From: Dehalococcoidia bacterium
GTDB taxonomy: Bacteria > Chloroflexota > Dehalococcoidia > GIF9 > AB-539-J10
Direction of reading: 5' to 3'
DNA length: 64,000 bases
NCBI GenBank assembly: GCA_009619075.1
Contig: WJOY01000027.1
Coordinates: 662-64,661 of the forward strand
The position numbers and the translations under genes are program-made. Below the pieces are notes generated by a model. That model did no database searches and had not been told where the DNA came from. It saw only the letters and a program-made list of their open reading frames with translations. Numbering within the stretch: position 1 is the first letter of the stretch; the number at the start of each line of letters is the position of its first letter. Positions 61,732 to 64,000 of this stretch are shown here, piece by piece.

Positions 61732-61969
61732 GGATAAAGGATAGCACTACAAGGACCAGAATTATCGCTCCGGCAAGGATACCGATGCGTCGTAGCTCAG
61801 GCATCAAGTATTGATAGTGTTTTGCAGGATCTTTGACCTCAGGAGATACCTTACCGGCTAATTGAACTTGGGCAGTTACTGGCTTGAGTGGTTGGGAATA
61901 CTTCCTCTGTGTTTCTTGTGCTAACTTGGCACGGTGTTTCGCTTTAGCACGACGCGATTTCTTAGGCAT
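61724..61969 (-). CDS. small membrane-anchored protein, basic N-terminus
   Basis: 81 aa with a Lys/Arg-rich N-terminus and a single C-terminal TM (IGILAGAIILVLVVLSFILG). It overlaps the pcm start by 8 nt. No family was recognised. Confidence 0.45.
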   Translation of the reverse strand: MPKKSRRAKAKHRAKLAQETQRKYSQPLKPVTAQVQLAGKVSPEVKDPAKHYQYLMPELRRIGILAGAIILVLVVLSFILG

Positions 61970-61975
61970 TATTCA

Positions 61976-62830
61976 CTACCTCGGTGAGGACGAGGACTGC
62001 TTGTAGATTCTAGTACTGGAAATATAGGCATGGCCTAAAGCTCGCTGGATGGATTGAAGGTCAGCACCACTTTGTAGTTTGCGTGCCGCGAAGCTATGAC
62101 GCAAGGTCTGCGGCGTAATCTTAGCACTAAGCCCAGCTTTAGAAGCATGGTTTTTAACAATCTGCCAAAATCCCTGCCGGGTAAGCCGACCACCACGCCG
62201 ATTGAGAAATAGCGCCTTTTCCTTTTCATCATATAATAAATCAAGTCTATCATTCTCAAGGAAATTTCTTAATATCTGGTTTATATGGTGGTCAAAGGGG
62301 ATCCGCCTTTTGGAGCTACCATGGGCACAGTGTACACAAGAGCGCTCCAAGTCAATATCCTTCACGTTTAGAGATACTAGCTCACTAGCACGTAAACCAG
62401 TAGCGTAAAGCAATTCTAGCATCACCACATCTCTCTTGGCTTCTGGAGTGGATAGTTTTTTTGGCTCTGCCAGCAAACAGCGATACTCAGACGAAGACAA
62501 AAATTTAGGCGGATGCTTGCTAACTCGGGGAGAAATTAAATTCTGTGTTGGATTCTCTCTTAGCTTGCCTGAATCAACCATAAATTTAAAAAAAGACTTG
62601 GCCGAGGCTACCTTGCGAGCTACTGTAGCCGTGGAGTAGCTCCTTTCCCTGAGGTTAAGCAGATAGCTCTTTAAAAGCTCGCCAGTTGACTTAATTATTC
62701 CTTTTGCCCTCTCTGCTTCAGTGTAAGCCATTAGCTGGTTCAAATCATTACGATAAGCAGCCAGGGTACTCTGTGAGCATTTTTTCTTCTTAGCTAGATA
62801 CTCAAGGAAAGCCTTAATATCTTCCTTCAT
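61976..62830 (-). CDS. tyrosine recombinase, XerC/XerD-like
   Basis: 284 aa with an N-terminal SAM-like domain (AFLEYLAKKKKCSQSTLAAYRNDL). Catalytic contexts are ATGLRASEL, TLRHSFA and LGHAYISSTRIY. Confidence 0.85.
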   Translation of the reverse strand: MKEDIKAFLEYLAKKKKCSQSTLAAYRNDLNQLMAYTEAERAKGIIKSTGELLKSYLLNLRERSYSTATVARKVASAKSFFKFMVDSGKLRENPTQNLISPRVSKHPPKFLSSSEYRCLLAEPKKLSTPEAKRDVVMLELLYATGLRASELVSLNVKDIDLERSCVHCAHGSSKRRIPFDHHINQILRNFLENDRLDLLYDEKEKALFLNRRGGRLTRQGFWQIVKNHASKAGLSAKITPQTLRHSFAARKLQSGADLQSIQRALGHAYISSTRIYKQSSSSPR

Positions 62831-62900
62831 TAAATATTATTTTAGCATAACTGAGACTTTTTTTGTCTGCATCCAAGTCTCCTGTTACAATAAATTTACT

Positions 62901-64000
62901 GTGAAAATACAATTAGAAGAACAACTAAAGGCTTTACCGACAAGCCCGGGAGTTTACTTATTCAAGGATGACCTGGGTAAGGTTATTTATGTAGGTAAGG
63001 CGGCCAATATTAGCAATCGAGTAAAAAGTTATTTTGGTGCCTTTGGTAGCTTGTCATCAAAAATTCAGCAGTTGGTGTTGAAGGTAAATGACCTCGAGTT
63101 TATGGTTACGGACTCTGAGCAAGAAGCACTTATCTTAGAATGCAATCTGATAAAGAAATATCACCCGAGGTACAATGTGCGCCTTAAAGACGATAAGACC
63201 TTCCCCTACCTTAAGATAGATATTAGTGAAGATTGGCCAAGTGTTTACATCACCCGCCGTTTTAAAAATGATGGAGCCAGGTACTTTGGGCCTTTTGCTA
63301 GTGCTGGGTCAGTACGTAAAACCTTGCGGCTGGTAAAGAAAATCTTTCCCTTTCGCTCTTGTACCAGGTCCATCGATGGCACAGATAAGCGACCTTGTCT
63401 CGACTATTATATTCACCGCTGCCTTGGGCCATGCATTGGCGCGGTGAATAAACAGGAATACCGGGAGGTAATAAACCAAGTTATTTTATTTTTGCAAGGT
63501 AAACAGGAGCTGGTGCTTCATGAACTAAGCAACAAGATGAGAGCATCGGCCCAGCAACTTCAATTTGAAAAGGCGGCTTTGCTCCGTGACCAAATTCTGG
63601 CAATAGAGAGAGTCATAGAGGGGCAGAGGATTGCTATCGCATTGAAGGGCGAGCAAGATGTCATTGCTATGGTGCAAAATGGGGGGCAGGCTTACGTGGA
63701 AGTCTTTTTTGTTCGCAATAACAAGCTTATTGGCCGTGACTATTTCATCATGGAAGGCATCCATGATGAAATGCCCGGTCAAATAATGGCAAGTTTCGTA
63801 AAGCAATATTATGCCTCAGCTTCCTATATACCATCAGTAATATTACTTCAATATCCCGTGGACGAAATGTCAGTACTGGCTGAATGGCTTAAGGAACGAA
63901 GGGGAGGAAGCGTGAAACTTCAAGTGCCACAGCGAGGAGCTAAAAAACGGCTAGTAAGTATGGTAGCTGAAAACGCCGATAAAGGTTTGCTATTGGCTAA
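62901..64000 (+). CDS. uvrC: excinuclease ABC subunit C, 5' part (runs off the right edge)
   Basis: GTG start. My translation begins VKIQLEEQLKALPTSPGVYLFKDDLGKVIYVGKAANISNRVKSYF (GIY-YIG domain). It continues with KYHPRYNVRLKDDKTFPYL and the UVR block LQFEKAALLRDQILAIERV. The frame is open to position 64000. Confidence 0.9.
   Translation, partial: MKIQLEEQLKALPTSPGVYLFKDDLGKVIYVGKAANISNRVKSYFGAFGSLSSKIQQLVLKVNDLEFMVTDSEQEALILECNLIKKYHPRYNVRLKDDKTFPYLKIDISEDWPSVYITRRFKNDGARYFGPFASAGSVRKTLRLVKKIFPFRSCTRSIDGTDKRPCLDYYIHRCLGPCIGAVNKQEYREVINQVILFLQGKQELVLHELSNKMRASAQQLQFEKAALLRDQILAIERVIEGQRIAIALKGEQDVIAMVQNGGQAYVEVFFVRNNKLIGRDYFIMEGIHDEMPGQIMASFVKQYYASASYIPSVILLQYPVDEMSVLAEWLKERRGGSVKLQVPQRGAKKRLVSMVAENADKGLLLA

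Noticed and set aside
61976-62830. The tyrosine recombinase as the integrase of the 32-60 kb island.
   Set aside because: It has the XerC/XerD-type N-terminal domain and size. It lies outside repeat copy D2 and tRNA-Glu, among housekeeping genes (pcm, uvrC), so a chromosome-dimer resolvase is the simpler reading. This cannot be excluded without comparative data.

Overview
Bacterial chromosome segment. Bacterial markers are a T-box leader, rpsF-ssb-rpsR and rpmH-rnpA-yidD-yidC-jag. The lineage cannot be fixed without a database search; gene content and repeat vocabulary suggest a Chloroflexota/Dehalococcoidia-like genome, which is inference only. Positions 1-32 kb are housekeeping: an alanine/glycine symporter followed by a complete glycine-cleavage plus lipoylation block (gcvH-gcvPA-gcvPB-gcvT-lpdA-lipB-lipA), then rsfS, ndk, tsaB, tsaE, thiL, ribosomal and membrane-insertion genes, ileS, htrA, plsX, a stand-alone trpB2 behind a Trp T-box, a divergent enolase and a PrpF-isomerase/flavoprotein pair. 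Positions 32.3-59.6 kb form a tRNA-bounded accessory island for glycan or protein glycosylation. It holds an STT3/AglB-type oligosaccharyltransferase with a WWDYG motif, the four enzymes of the GDP-D-glycero-alpha-D-manno-heptose pathway, several GT2/GT4 transferases, three methyltransferases, a pyruvyl transferase with an FrhB-like partner, a Wzx flippase, DUF1616, a geranylgeranyl-reductase homolog and two hicAB modules. The most unusual signal lies inside this island. Intergenic linkers and in-frame insertions are built from short simple-sequence words (CTAGGGA, TTAGGAG, GGACATA, GAGATT, GAACTTAG) and their complements. Three four-helix-bundle genes of the 23S-rRNA-IVS/Avd type each sit between a complementary pair of such arms, and gene-less arm pairs are inserted in frame in galE and a GT2 gene. 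A second, unrelated repeat population consists of GTCATTCTGAGC/AGCGAAGCGAAG-type words and small GC hairpins ending in CTAC. It litters the intergenic regions, supplies the C-termini of tsaB, tsaE and ileS, and sits in frame inside ileS. The window ends with argC, tRNA-Glu, pcm, a Xer recombinase and the 5' part of uvrC. No rRNA, CRISPR array or transposase gene was seen.
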